A stretch of 63,495 bases of DNA, filler included, from Gemmatimonadota bacterium (GTDB lineage Bacteria; 4572-55; J002): NCBI GenBank assembly GCA_003697105.1. It is 4 parts of 4 records of this genome, joined end to end, with 100 filler letters (N's around TTAATTAATTAA, not from the genome) between each part and the next. Parts side by side here need not be neighbours in the genome. Positions count along the whole stretch, not along the records: positions 1 to 24,123 come from RFFQ01000080.1; positions 24,224 to 53,754 come from RFFQ01000083.1; 2 more parts are not named here. One strand, written 5' to 3'. A program made the translations under genes and the position numbers. The notes under the pieces were generated by a model. That model made no database searches, had not been told where the DNA came from, and saw only the letters and a program-made list of their open reading frames with translations. Shown here one piece after another: positions 20,868 to 30,583 of the stretch; the stretch's first letter is position 1, and each line of letters opens with the position of its first letter.

Positions 20868-21704
20868 ATGGGAAAAACCGTTGTTATTGATGACGTAAAA
20901 ATAGGCACGAATTTGCCATTGACCATTATTGCCGGACCCTGTGTCGTGGAAAATGAAACGATTGTGTTTCAGGTAGCAGAAAAAATGGTACAACTCACTG
21001 AAAAGTTGGGATTTCCCTATATTTTCAAATCGTCTTATAAAAAAGCCAATCGCACCAGTTCCGGTTCGTTCATCACCATCGGTGAAGAGCACGCTCTGGA
21101 AATTTTAGCGGCGGTCAAAACCCGGTTTGGGGTGCCGGTACTAACGGACATTCATACGGAGCAAGAAGCCGATTTTGCCGCTGAGTATGTCGATGTGCTC
21201 CAAATACCAGCGTTTCTGTGTCGCCAGACCGAACTTTTGCAGGCGGCAGGCGCGACGGGGAAAGCGATCAACATCAAAAAGGGTCAGTTTTTAGCTCCGC
21301 AGGATATGGCACTGGCCGCCGAAAAAATTGCCCTCACCGGTAACGAAAATATTTTACTCACCGAGCGCGGTACGACCTTTGGTTACCGGGATTTGGTCGT
21401 CGATATGCGCGGTTTGGTCATTATGGCGCAATCGGAATATCCGGTAATTTATGATGCCACCCATAGTTTGCAATCACCCGGCGGCGCAGGTGGCAAAAGT
21501 GGTGGTCACCGGGAGTTTGCATTACCTCTTGCCCGGGCGGCAGTCGCAACGGGGTGTCAAGGCTTGTTTGTGGAAACACACCCAGACCCGGCTACCGCCA
21601 AGAGTGACGCCGCAACCCAACTCCCGCTGAACCAAATGGAATCGTTACTGCATCAAGTGCGGGACATTCATCAAATTGTCTGCGAGTATACCCCCGAAGT
21701 ATAA
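20868..21704 (+). CDS. kdsA: KDO-8-phosphate synthase
   Basis: IAGPCV, KANRTS, QIPAFLCRQT, KKGQFL, ERG, DATHS. Confidence 0.96.
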   Translation: MGKTVVIDDVKIGTNLPLTIIAGPCVVENETIVFQVAEKMVQLTEKLGFPYIFKSSYKKANRTSSGSFITIGEEHALEILAAVKTRFGVPVLTDIHTEQEADFAAEYVDVLQIPAFLCRQTELLQAAGATGKAINIKKGQFLAPQDMALAAEKIALTGNENILLTERGTTFGYRDLVVDMRGLVIMAQSEYPVIYDATHSLQSPGGAGGKSGGHREFALPLARAAVATGCQGLFVETHPDPATAKSDAATQLPLNQMESLLHQVRDIHQIVCEYTPEV

Positions 21705-21741
21705 CTATTTTGTCACAACCTCGTCAAATTTAGGTCTGCTT

Positions 21742-22668
21742 TTGCACATTTCACGTCTCCATCAAGTTGTTGCACCCTTTGATTTTATTACGCTCAATGT
21801 ACCGCTCAAGCGGTATATTTCCTTGCGTGTGGGCGGGAATGCCGATGCGTTGGCACTCATTAAAACAGTGCCCGATCTGCAGCGTCTCTTACAGGTCGCC
21901 CGCCAGTATGATCTACCGCTTTATTTTTTGGGAAAAGGTACGAATGTGATTTTCACCGATGCCGGTTTTCGGGGCATAGTGGTTAAACTCGGAGGCGAAT
22001 TTCATCAGTTTGAACGCTTAGAGAGTTCTCTAGTGGATGGCTCGATTGAGATTCGTGCGGGGGCGGCATTGAGCCTGCAAAAACTGGTCAACTATTGTGT
22101 TCGCCATCATTTTACGGGCATGGAAGAGGGCGCCGGAATTCCAGCATCTATTGGTGGTGCCGTGGCGATGAACGCGGGTGTACCCGGGTGGGAATTCGGG
22201 GATTATGTCACGCGAATCGAGGGTCTTACGGCGGATAACCAACGGCATGCATTGATGCCTTCGGATTTCCAATTTGAATATCGCCGGGGGAATTTACCTC
22301 CCGGTTTTGTGGTTACCCATGTAACGATCCGGGTCAAAAAGGGAGACCCCGAAACGATCAAAGCCCGCGTGGGGCGGATTATGCAAATTCGTAAATCCCG
22401 CCAGCCGTTACAATATCCCAATTGTGGCTCCGTATTCAAAAATCCGCCGGGTGATTATGCTGGGCGTCTTATCGAAACGTGTGGGTTGAAAGGTTACCGG
22501 ATTGGAGGGGCGCTGATCTCGGAAAAACATGCCAATTTTATTATTAACCCGAGTGGAGAAGCACCTGCAGCGGATGTGCTTCATCTGATCGACCTCGCAC
22601 AGGAAACCGTCTGGTCTCATCATCATGTCCAGCTAGAAACAGAAGTGCAGATTATTCCCCCCCAATAA
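21742..22668 (+). CDS. murB: UDP-N-acetylenolpyruvoylglucosamine reductase (probable TTG start at 21742)
   Basis: RVGGNAD, LGKGTN, GIPASIGGAVAMNAG, GSVFKNP, KHANFI, LETEV. Confidence 0.93.
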   Translation: MHISRLHQVVAPFDFITLNVPLKRYISLRVGGNADALALIKTVPDLQRLLQVARQYDLPLYFLGKGTNVIFTDAGFRGIVVKLGGEFHQFERLESSLVDGSIEIRAGAALSLQKLVNYCVRHHFTGMEEGAGIPASIGGAVAMNAGVPGWEFGDYVTRIEGLTADNQRHALMPSDFQFEYRRGNLPPGFVVTHVTIRVKKGDPETIKARVGRIMQIRKSRQPLQYPNCGSVFKNPPGDYAGRLIETCGLKGYRIGGALISEKHANFIINPSGEAPAADVLHLIDLAQETVWSHHHVQLETEVQIIPPQ

Positions 22669-22699
22669 AAAAGGCAGATGATCACGGGTATCATCTGCC
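22667..22699. terminator. Terminator between convergent murB and the DUF3078-like gene
   Basis: GGCAGATGAT / ATCATCTGCC stem with a T run on the minus strand. Confidence 0.7.
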
Positions 22700-22723
22700 C
22701 CCTTCATCCGGTAATGAGCTGAT

Positions 22724-23617
22724 TTACATCAGCTTATAGGTAAATCCTAAACTTAACACTTCCTTAAACCGTCCCCCGTCGTGAATTTGCTTATCATAGA
22801 GTAATTGCGTGTCGATATTTAGTGAGATGTATTTGATCAGGCTGAAACTGAACGTATTTTGCCAATTCAGGTCGATGGTCTTCCAGTCGTCATTAACACC
22901 TTCTTGGTCTGATTCCGAATAGAACAATGCCTGATATGCTTCCAGCCGGGATTTATAATCCAGCCGGTTGTCCCAAGTTATCCGGTGATAATCCATAATG
23001 AACTGAATCCCGCCGTCATTGGTTGTATCTTCATCTTTGATTACGGTTTGCCGGAAAGCAATACCAAGGCGAGCCGCCAACGTGGCATGTTTTTGATCCA
23101 AAAATTTACGGGCTAATCCGGTCGCTTCGGTGAATGTTTGGGGGTCAAACATCTCATTCTGCAGGTTGGTAAACTGGGTCTGCCATCGACCGGAAACGTA
23201 GGGGTCAACAAACCACCCCATGGTTAGGTGGAGGGCACTTTCATAATCGATTTCGTCGGTAGATGTGGAAGGACTCTTCCACCGGTTTAAGGTTTTTCCT
23301 TGATCGGTGACCCGTTCGGCATCCGTGCGTTGGGTATGAGTCTGTCCAAATGCTAGCTTTAAACGATTTTTCCACATTAATTTATCATTTAATGTGGTAT
23401 TGGCGGTAGTGAGTGCTAATCCCGACCACGAAATTGACCCGGCGGCATCAGCTTCTGCATCGGTCCAATTGGTGTTATAGCTACTTTGGGTTAACGTCAG
23501 ACTAATATCGGATGTAATATCCCATCCAGAAAGGGTGTCTGGGTTGTCGCTTTCTTGAGGCAATCCTACGGACGTCATGAGTAATACAAAACTAGATATA
23601 AGCCAAAATTGGCGCAT
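22724..23617 (-). CDS. DUF3078-like outer-membrane beta-barrel protein
   Basis: SD AGGAGG before MRQFW; LTQSSYNTNW, W.N.LKLAFGQT, C-terminal LSLGFTYKLM. Confidence 0.7.
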   Translation of the reverse strand: MRQFWLISSFVLLMTSVGLPQESDNPDTLSGWDITSDISLTLTQSSYNTNWTDAEADAAGSISWSGLALTTANTTLNDKLMWKNRLKLAFGQTHTQRTDAERVTDQGKTLNRWKSPSTSTDEIDYESALHLTMGWFVDPYVSGRWQTQFTNLQNEMFDPQTFTEATGLARKFLDQKHATLAARLGIAFRQTVIKDEDTTNDGGIQFIMDYHRITWDNRLDYKSRLEAYQALFYSESDQEGVNDDWKTIDLNWQNTFSFSLIKYISLNIDTQLLYDKQIHDGGRFKEVLSLGFTYKLM

Positions 23618-23798
23618 AACAGCTCCTCCTACTGAAAAGAAATGTGAAGTAAGAACGATTTCATCGGTATGCAATCTGCCAGATGGGATGGGTACCGCGA
23701 CGTATCGCGTGACTGCCAGAAGAATTCTCTGATATGTGTAGGCTAAATTACCACTGAAATGGATAAATATGGGTGCGTGGGGATGGTAATAGTGGGGA

Positions 23799-24119
23799 TT
23801 ATTTCGATAGAGGTGAAGGATCATCTACACACCGTTTGTTGGGTGTTGTTGGAGCTAAATTGAGGTGGGCAACATATTGTGATAGCCGCTCGAGCTGATC
23901 TGATGAACCAACAAAATAATAGGATATCTCATTGGTATAGGCGCGGGTAGAAATCAATCCTTGGGCAACTAGATGTTCTAAAGCTGGCTTTACGACAGAT
24001 TCAGGCTCTTTAACCCACCAATTGGAAATTCCTTCTAACGTATCTTTGGCATAAGGATGGCGGCTAAAGTAGTTTAATATTTGTAACGTAACAGCCGGAT
24101 TCGGGCTGGTATCTATCAT
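23799..24119 (-). CDS. Small winged-helix-like protein (HPxAxDTLEGIxxWW type); possibly 5'-partial
   Basis: ILNYFSRHPYAKDTLEGISNWW...ALEHLVAQGLI; the ATG is 4 nt from the contig end. Confidence 0.65.
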   Translation of the reverse strand: MIDTSPNPAVTLQILNYFSRHPYAKDTLEGISNWWVKEPESVVKPALEHLVAQGLISTRAYTNEISYYFVGSSDQLERLSQYVAHLNLAPTTPNKRCVDDPSPLSK

Positions 24120-24123
24120 ATCC

Positions 24124-24223
24124 NNNNNNNNNNNNNNNNNNNNNNNNNNNNNNNNNNNNNNNNNNNNTTAATTAATTAANNNNNNNNNNNNNNNNNNNNN
24201 NNNNNNNNNNNNNNNNNNNNNNN
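24124..24223. other. Artificial contig linker
   Basis: N44-TTAATTAATTAA-N44, stops in all six frames. Confidence 0.98.
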
Positions 24224-24225
24224 AT

Positions 24226-25185
24226 CCACGGGTCAAAATCAAAGATGATAAAGATAGTCTAAAAAAATTAGGTCTAAAAAAAGAATGGTTAAACGACCTC
24301 AGTGTGTTTGAAATTCTAAAAGTGAATGAGTTAGATTATGTGACAAAAATAAAATATATAAATCACCGTATTCCAATGGACACACTAAGTTTTATTGAAA
24401 AAGAGAAATTAACTGACATCAATTTTGCCTCTAAACTAAATAAATTAGCGTACTTTGAAGGTGATAAATTTCATATCGAAAAATATAGTTTCAAATTTAA
24501 AGGTTTAGGTACCATTGCATATAAATACAAAGAAAATATCAAAAAAGTTGGAATAATATCGACTTGTTTCTCATTGAAAAACGACTGGCGTCTCATCGTC
24601 GGGTTGGGCAATGAATCGGTTTATGAAACCTCAATGACCTTACACCACATCTACGGGTTTCCCTATGTTCCCGGGCAGGCGGTTAAAGGCATCGTTCGGA
24701 GTTGGATCATTACCGAAGTGTTTGGTAAAAATGATCAAGGTGAATCTGATTTGGAACATGCCGAAAAACGAGCATTAGCAAATCAAAGCTTTTGTGATAT
24801 TTTTGGCTGCCCAAAAGAGAGTGTTCATAACGAAAGCCGTCAAGGCAAAGTCATTTTCTTTGATGCCTATCCCACATCCGCACCGGAGATTAAGCCCGAT
24901 GTGATGAATCCGCATTACCCTGACTATTATGGGGGAGATAAACCGCCTGCCGATTATCAGAACCCTAAACCCATATTCTTTCTCACGGTCAAAAATACGT
25001 CGTTTGAGTTTATCACCGGCGTAAAACCCAAAGATAATATTGAAATTAGCGATTTTAAAACGGGACAAAAAAAGCCAATCTTAGATGTGGTCCAAGATTG
25101 GCTAGAAACTGCCCTCACCGAACATGGTATTGGGGCAAAAACGGCGGCAGGGTACGGCTATTTTCAGCCAGCGAACACTCCGTAG
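24226..25185 (+). CDS. cmr6: Type III-B CRISPR RAMP protein Cmr6, 5'-truncated at the contig edge
   Basis: WRLIVGLG, ETSMTLHHIYGFPYVPGQAVKG, GKVIFFDAYP, DVMNPHY, NPKPIFFLTV, G-rich loop GIGAKTAAGYGYF; frame open back to the gap. Confidence 0.92.
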   Translation, partial: PRVKIKDDKDSLKKLGLKKEWLNDLSVFEILKVNELDYVTKIKYINHRIPMDTLSFIEKEKLTDINFASKLNKLAYFEGDKFHIEKYSFKFKGLGTIAYKYKENIKKVGIISTCFSLKNDWRLIVGLGNESVYETSMTLHHIYGFPYVPGQAVKGIVRSWIITEVFGKNDQGESDLEHAEKRALANQSFCDIFGCPKESVHNESRQGKVIFFDAYPTSAPEIKPDVMNPHYPDYYGGDKPPADYQNPKPIFFLTVKNTSFEFITGVKPKDNIEISDFKTGQKKPILDVVQDWLETALTEHGIGAKTAAGYGYFQPANTP

Positions 25186-25188
25186 TCC

Positions 25189-26274
25189 TTACGCATGGCC
25201 GCGCTCAATAAGTTTTTGGGCAATATTGCGGAAGATTCCAGCGGCGGGGCTATCCGGTTGGGCGGCAACAATCGGTTTCCCGGCATCTCCTCCCACGCGA
25301 ATATCCAAATTGATCGGGATGCTACCGAGGTAAGGCACGCCATATTCTTCACAGGTTTTTTGCCCGCCGCCACTGCCAAAAATATGCTCCTCATGGCCGC
25401 AATTGGGGCAGATGTAGGTCGCCATATTCTCGATAATACCCACCACCGGAGCATTGACTTTCTCAAACATTTTCAGACCCTTACGGGCATCAATCAGAGC
25501 CACATCTTGCGGAGTCGTGACGATCACCGCGCCATCCAACGGCACTTTTTGAACCAACGTCAGTTGAGCATCTCCGGTACCGGGCGGCAGGTCAATGACG
25601 AGAAAGTCTAGTTCCCCCCAACTCACATCATTGAGAAACTGCTCCACGGCTTTCATCACCATCAATCCGCGCCAGATAATCGGTGAATCGGTAGAGGGAA
25701 TCAAAAATCCGATAGAGATCATCTTCACCCCGTACTGTTCCATCGGTTTGAGTTTGTTCTGTTCCGTATCGGTCTCAGGGACACCTGTTACCCCCATCAT
25801 TAGCGGGATACTTGGTCCGTAAATGTCGGAATCCATTAAACCCACACGTTTACCCAATTGGGCTAATGCGACCGCCAGATTTACAGCAACCGTCGATTTA
25901 CCAACCCCGCCTTTACCACTGGCAACGGCGATAATATTTTTGATCCCTTCCAACCGCCGTTGATGATCAAACGGATTCTGGCTTTCCATTTTTTTGATAT
26001 TTTTGGTTGCGTTCACTTGTCGTTGAAGCGAGTGAATGGTGACCTCCTGCACGCCGGGCAGATCACGAACTGCCGCTTCTGCCGCTTGTATAATGGTCGC
26101 TCGAACATCCGGCGGCTCATTGCTGAATTCGATCCCAAATTCCACATGGCTACCTTGCACTTGAATCGATTTGACCATGGCAAAGGAGATAAGGTCCCGG
26201 CTTAAACCCGGGTAAATCACACTTTTGAGCGCTTCCGTCACCCGTTCTGGGGTTAGCGTTGCTTGGTCTGCCAT
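25189..26274 (-). CDS. apbC: Mrp/ApbC Fe-S cluster carrier ATPase with N-terminal DUF59
   Basis: VASGKGGVGKST, DIYGPS, DLPPGTGD, VTTPQ, ENM...CPNCG. Confidence 0.93.
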   Translation of the reverse strand: MADQATLTPERVTEALKSVIYPGLSRDLISFAMVKSIQVQGSHVEFGIEFSNEPPDVRATIIQAAEAAVRDLPGVQEVTIHSLQRQVNATKNIKKMESQNPFDHQRRLEGIKNIIAVASGKGGVGKSTVAVNLAVALAQLGKRVGLMDSDIYGPSIPLMMGVTGVPETDTEQNKLKPMEQYGVKMISIGFLIPSTDSPIIWRGLMVMKAVEQFLNDVSWGELDFLVIDLPPGTGDAQLTLVQKVPLDGAVIVTTPQDVALIDARKGLKMFEKVNAPVVGIIENMATYICPNCGHEEHIFGSGGGQKTCEEYGVPYLGSIPINLDIRVGGDAGKPIVAAQPDSPAAGIFRNIAQKLIERGHA

Positions 26275-26579
26275 CTGTTTAATCCTTCCTAAATAATTAA
26301 AGTAAAATACACCAACATTGTCGCTTAATTTCGGGCTAAGAATAGGGAATCTGTACCCCAAAGTCAATATTAACTTTCCTATCCCCTCCCCTAAGCGAGG
26401 ACAAGATACCTGCCAGTATCGACTATTACATCTAAAATTCTTAAAAATAGATCATCATAAAATCGTAAAAAACACATTGACTTGTGACCGCCATCCTTCT
26501 ATTTTCAAAACCGTCACGGCATCCGTACCGGACACCCGTCCGTTGTTGAATTTACTTTACAAAATCACTCTGGAGGCGT

Positions 26580-26819
26580 ATGATGGATTGTCCTAAAGTT
26601 GCCCAACCGGGTCCCTATGTTATTGAAGTTACCCCGCGTCGCTATGCTTGGTGCGCTTGTGGTCTCTCAGACCGCGACCCCTATTGCGACGGCTCGCACC
26701 GAGATTGCGGAATGAAACCCATTATTGTCACCATTGAAGAACCCCAAAAAGTGGCATGGTGTGGTTGCAAGCAAACCCAAACACCGCCCTTTTGTGATGG
26801 CTCACATAAGTCATTGTAA
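26580..26819 (+). CDS. Double-CDGSH 2Fe-2S protein (NEET / MiNT-like)
   Basis: WCACGLSDRDPYCDGSH and WCGCKQTQTPPFCDGSH; SD GGAGG. Confidence 0.92.
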   Translation: MMDCPKVAQPGPYVIEVTPRRYAWCACGLSDRDPYCDGSHRDCGMKPIIVTIEEPQKVAWCGCKQTQTPPFCDGSHKSL

Positions 26820-26876
26820 ATGGTCTTATTCCGATGATCCGGCACACACTTGCCGGAAATCATCACCCCATTGGTC

Positions 26877-28712
26877 ATGAATATTATCAACCCGTTTGGG
26901 CTTTTATTTCTGGCATTTATCCCGCTGATTATCCTACTGTACTTACTGAAATTACGGCGAAAACCCGTCGTGGTTCCGAGTATCATGCTATGGCAACGCA
27001 CCTTGCGTGAACTCGAAGCAAATACTCCTTTCCAACGCTTACGCAAAAATATGTTATTATGGTTACAAATATTGATCGTGTTACTGCTGGCATTGACTCT
27101 GGCACGACCGTTTTTTAAATCCGAGGCACTGAATCTGCAAACCGCGGTCTTGGTGATTGATGCCTCCGCCAGTATGCAGGCAACGGATGTCCCACCGAGC
27201 CGGTTTGAAGCCGCCAAAACCAAAGCAGAAGCCGTGATTTCCGGTTTGGGAGACGCGGGTCAAGGTTTGATTATTATCGCCGGACGAACCCCCCAAGTCG
27301 TGCTGAATTTTACGCAAGATAAGCAACGATTACGCACGGCGATACAGGAGCTACAACCCACCGATACCCGCGCCGATTTGCGAGCGGCAATGATTCTGGC
27401 ATCATCTTTGTTGACAGCACGGCAAGGAAAGATTTATATGATTAGTGACGGCGCACAGGTGGATTTGAGCGACCTTCAACTGGATGCTGTTGATGTGGAA
27501 TTCGTGGCAGTGGGCAAATCCCCGGATAATCTGGCAATCACGGCTCTGGATGTTCGGAAAAACCCGTTGAATCCCTTGGAGGTACAGGCGTTCGTCTCAA
27601 TCCGCAATTATGGTGCAGAAACCGTAGAAGGAAATCTTGAATTCTATTTGGAACAGCAACTGGTGGATGTCCGCCCGGTTCAACTTCGCGGGCGATCCGC
27701 CACAGCGCACCTCTTTGAAAATTTTGGGCTGCCGGCGGGGTTAGTCACCGTTAAACTCGATGTGGCAGACCCGTTACCGGTGGATAACGTGGCATATACC
27801 GTCCTGACGGCACCCCGCCCGATTCAGATATTACTCGTCAGCGCAGATGACTATTTTTTAGAACGAGCCTTGAACCTAAACCCGCAGGTGAAACTATTTC
27901 GCACGTCGCCGGCAGATTATCCGCCTCATGGGGATTACGACCTCACAGTCTTTGATGGGTATCGCCCGGAGCCGTTACCCGCCGGCAACCTCTTGCTAAT
28001 TAACACCCCAGTGCCGCCGGAACTGGGCACAGAGACCGGACAAGTGAAAAATCCACCCATTTTAGACTGGCAACGATCACATCCGGTGATGCGCTTTGTG
28101 GACTTGGAAGATGTGCAGTGGGCACATGCGCGGCACCTTCATCCTAAGCCGGGGGTGCGTATCTTGGCAGAAAGTACAACCACACCCTTAATATTGGCAC
28201 ACGAAAATATGGAACACCGCCTGATTTACCTTGGGTTTGATCTGTTGGATAGCAATCTGCCGCTCCGGGCAAGTTTCCCGATTTTTGTTACGAATGCGGT
28301 GCAATGGCTTACCTACGCAGATGAAGCCGAATCCGCGTTCCACATCCGCACGGGAGAACCGTACATTTGGCGCACCACATCCCAGACAATCCCGCTGAGC
28401 ATTACCACACCAACCGGAGAGCATATTAAGGTATCTTCCGCGTTCCAACCCGTCCGCTTTACCCAAACCAGCCGGGTCGGAGCGTATCAAGTCCAGATGG
28501 GTGATAGTACCTTTCAGTTCGTGGCAAACTTGTTGGATGAACAGGAATCCAATCTACAACCCCAAACCGAACTCCTTTTATCGAACCAGCACTCCCTTAA
28601 AGGAGGTTCACAGGTCAATGTCAATCGGGAGGTTTGGCGTTTGTTGGCACTGCTTGTAGTTGCTCTGATGTTGGTGGAATGGTGGGTGTACCATCGCCGG
28701 ATTTATGTGTGA
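26877..28712 (+). CDS. BatA-N plus vWA domain membrane protein
   Basis: N-terminal PLIILLYLLK..R...PSIMLW; MIDAS DASASM; ISDG; C-terminal TM ending VEWWVYHRR. Confidence 0.88.
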   Translation: MNIINPFGLLFLAFIPLIILLYLLKLRRKPVVVPSIMLWQRTLRELEANTPFQRLRKNMLLWLQILIVLLLALTLARPFFKSEALNLQTAVLVIDASASMQATDVPPSRFEAAKTKAEAVISGLGDAGQGLIIIAGRTPQVVLNFTQDKQRLRTAIQELQPTDTRADLRAAMILASSLLTARQGKIYMISDGAQVDLSDLQLDAVDVEFVAVGKSPDNLAITALDVRKNPLNPLEVQAFVSIRNYGAETVEGNLEFYLEQQLVDVRPVQLRGRSATAHLFENFGLPAGLVTVKLDVADPLPVDNVAYTVLTAPRPIQILLVSADDYFLERALNLNPQVKLFRTSPADYPPHGDYDLTVFDGYRPEPLPAGNLLLINTPVPPELGTETGQVKNPPILDWQRSHPVMRFVDLEDVQWAHARHLHPKPGVRILAESTTTPLILAHENMEHRLIYLGFDLLDSNLPLRASFPIFVTNAVQWLTYADEAESAFHIRTGEPYIWRTTSQTIPLSITTPTGEHIKVSSAFQPVRFTQTSRVGAYQVQMGDSTFQFVANLLDEQESNLQPQTELLLSNQHSLKGGSQVNVNREVWRLLALLVVALMLVEWWVYHRRIYV

Positions 28713-28769
28713 CACAAAACCATCTGAAGCATTCATTTGATTCAATTTAGTGAAAGGTGAGGCACTATC

Positions 28770-29702
28770 TTGGTAATTGAAAGTCAAAAAATTGATGCGA
28801 TCATCCAATCGCTATCCCAATATTTGCAAGGAAAAGCCGAAGCACTCAAATTGGCGCTGGTCTGTTTTTTTTCCGGGGGACATTTATTGATCGAAGATTT
28901 GCCGGGGGTCGGCAAAACCACGCTGGCAATCAGTTTGGCGGAAGCATTAGGGCTTTCATTTGGGCGCATCCAATCCACCAGTGATCTATTGCCCAGTGAC
29001 ATCACCGGTCTATCCATCTATAATCGGGACAGCAGTACGTTTGAATTTCATCCGGGTCCCATTTTTAATAACATTGTGCTGGTGGATGAAATCAACCGGG
29101 CGACCCCCAAAACGCAAAGTGCCCTTTTGGAAGCCATGGCGGAAAACCAAGTCACCATTGAAGGCAATACTTACAAACTGCCCCAACCCTTTTTTGTGAT
29201 TGCCACCCAAAATCCAACCGAACAATTCGGCACTTTTCCGCTACCGGAATCCCAACTCGACCGTTTTGCCTTGAAGATTCGCATTGGCTATCCGGCACGA
29301 GCGGCGGAACGGGAAATCCTTAAAATTGGCAGTACGCGGGAGGATTTGCACTCCATTGAAGCCATTATGGGGAAAGAAGATGTGATTCAATTGCAACAAA
29401 CCATCCGTAACACAGTTTACCTTTCGGAAAAAATTTTGGACTATATCTTGGACATTGTGGAAGAGACCCGCCGGAGCAAGTATCTACTCGCGGGGCTTTC
29501 CACCCGCGGCGCGATGGTGATCACAAATACCGCCAAAACGCATGCCTTTTTCCATGAGCGGAATTACGTCGTGCCCGAAGACATCAAAGACCTAATCGAA
29601 TATACCGTCCCCCACCGGGTCTTGTTCCGGGACGAATACGAAAATCTCAATCGTAAGGAGATCGTCCAATCGATTATTCAAACTATACCCACCCCCCTGT
29701 AA
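28770..29702 (+). CDS. moxR: MoxR-family AAA+ ATPase (DUF58/transglutaminase-associated)
   Basis: HLLIEDLPGVGKTT, DLLPSDITG, DEINRATPKTQSALLEAM, ATQNP. Confidence 0.92.
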   Translation: MVIESQKIDAIIQSLSQYLQGKAEALKLALVCFFSGGHLLIEDLPGVGKTTLAISLAEALGLSFGRIQSTSDLLPSDITGLSIYNRDSSTFEFHPGPIFNNIVLVDEINRATPKTQSALLEAMAENQVTIEGNTYKLPQPFFVIATQNPTEQFGTFPLPESQLDRFALKIRIGYPARAAEREILKIGSTREDLHSIEAIMGKEDVIQLQQTIRNTVYLSEKILDYILDIVEETRRSKYLLAGLSTRGAMVITNTAKTHAFFHERNYVVPEDIKDLIEYTVPHRVLFRDEYENLNRKEIVQSIIQTIPTPL

Positions 29703-30583
29703 TCAAAATCACCAAAGCCGGGTGGATTTTTATCGGCTTGGTTATTTTTCTTGGATTTGCGGCGGTGAATACCTCCAATAACCTGATCTATATCATCGTT
29801 TCCACGTTATTAGGCTTCATAGCGGTATCTGGGGTTTTCGGCAAAGAAAATTTGAGCAAACTGGAGGTTGACTACGAACTGCCCGGTGAGATGTATGCTC
29901 AAAAACCGTTTCCGGTTCGGATTACCCTCCGTAACCCGAAAAAACGGATGCCGGCATTTTTAATCTGGGTGGTCATTCAAGGGCAGGAGGTACTCTTTCC
30001 GTTCGTGGACTGCGGCGCCGAAGCAACGGCGTACCTCAATCTATCCTTTGAACACCGGGGCAGGTATCATCTTAAAGGGGGCTATATATATTCAGTCTTT
30101 CCGTTCTCGTTTATCACACGGTTTCGGACGATCCGGCAGATGGTGGAGGGCGTGGTCTTCCCGGAACCGAAAAAATGTGATATAAAAACAATCTACGAAA
30201 TCGCGCAACAGCACTTTGGGGACCACACCCTCAACCGTGCCGGGGATAGCGGGGACATGATGTCCGTGCGCGGCTACCAGTTCGGAGACCCGCTCCGGCA
30301 TATTAACTGGAAAGCCAGCGCCAAAACCGGCGACCTGAAAACAAAGGAACTTTCGACGATTGCCTTCCAACCGGTGACGATCCATTTTGAGGCGCTTAAT
30401 ATCCCCAACATCGAAGAACGAATCTCCAATGTAACATATATCATCCTACAATACGTGCGGAAAGGCGTACCCATCGGCTTGCGAATCCACGACCGCCTAT
30501 ACCCGCCCAATATTGATAATTCCCATAAAATCAGTATGTTGACAGAATTAGCATTGCATGGAACCGAAACCGATCAAAATTGA
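29702..30583 (+). CDS. DUF58 membrane protein; start probably ATC at 29702 (first near-canonical start is TTG at 29738)
   Basis: TKAGWIFIGLVIFLGFAAVNTSNNLIY N-terminal motif; VRGYQFGDPLRHINWKASAK. Confidence 0.8.
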   Translation: MKITKAGWIFIGLVIFLGFAAVNTSNNLIYIIVSTLLGFIAVSGVFGKENLSKLEVDYELPGEMYAQKPFPVRITLRNPKKRMPAFLIWVVIQGQEVLFPFVDCGAEATAYLNLSFEHRGRYHLKGGYIYSVFPFSFITRFRTIRQMVEGVVFPEPKKCDIKTIYEIAQQHFGDHTLNRAGDSGDMMSVRGYQFGDPLRHINWKASAKTGDLKTKELSTIAFQPVTIHFEALNIPNIEERISNVTYIILQYVRKGVPIGLRIHDRLYPPNIDNSHKISMLTELALHGTETDQN

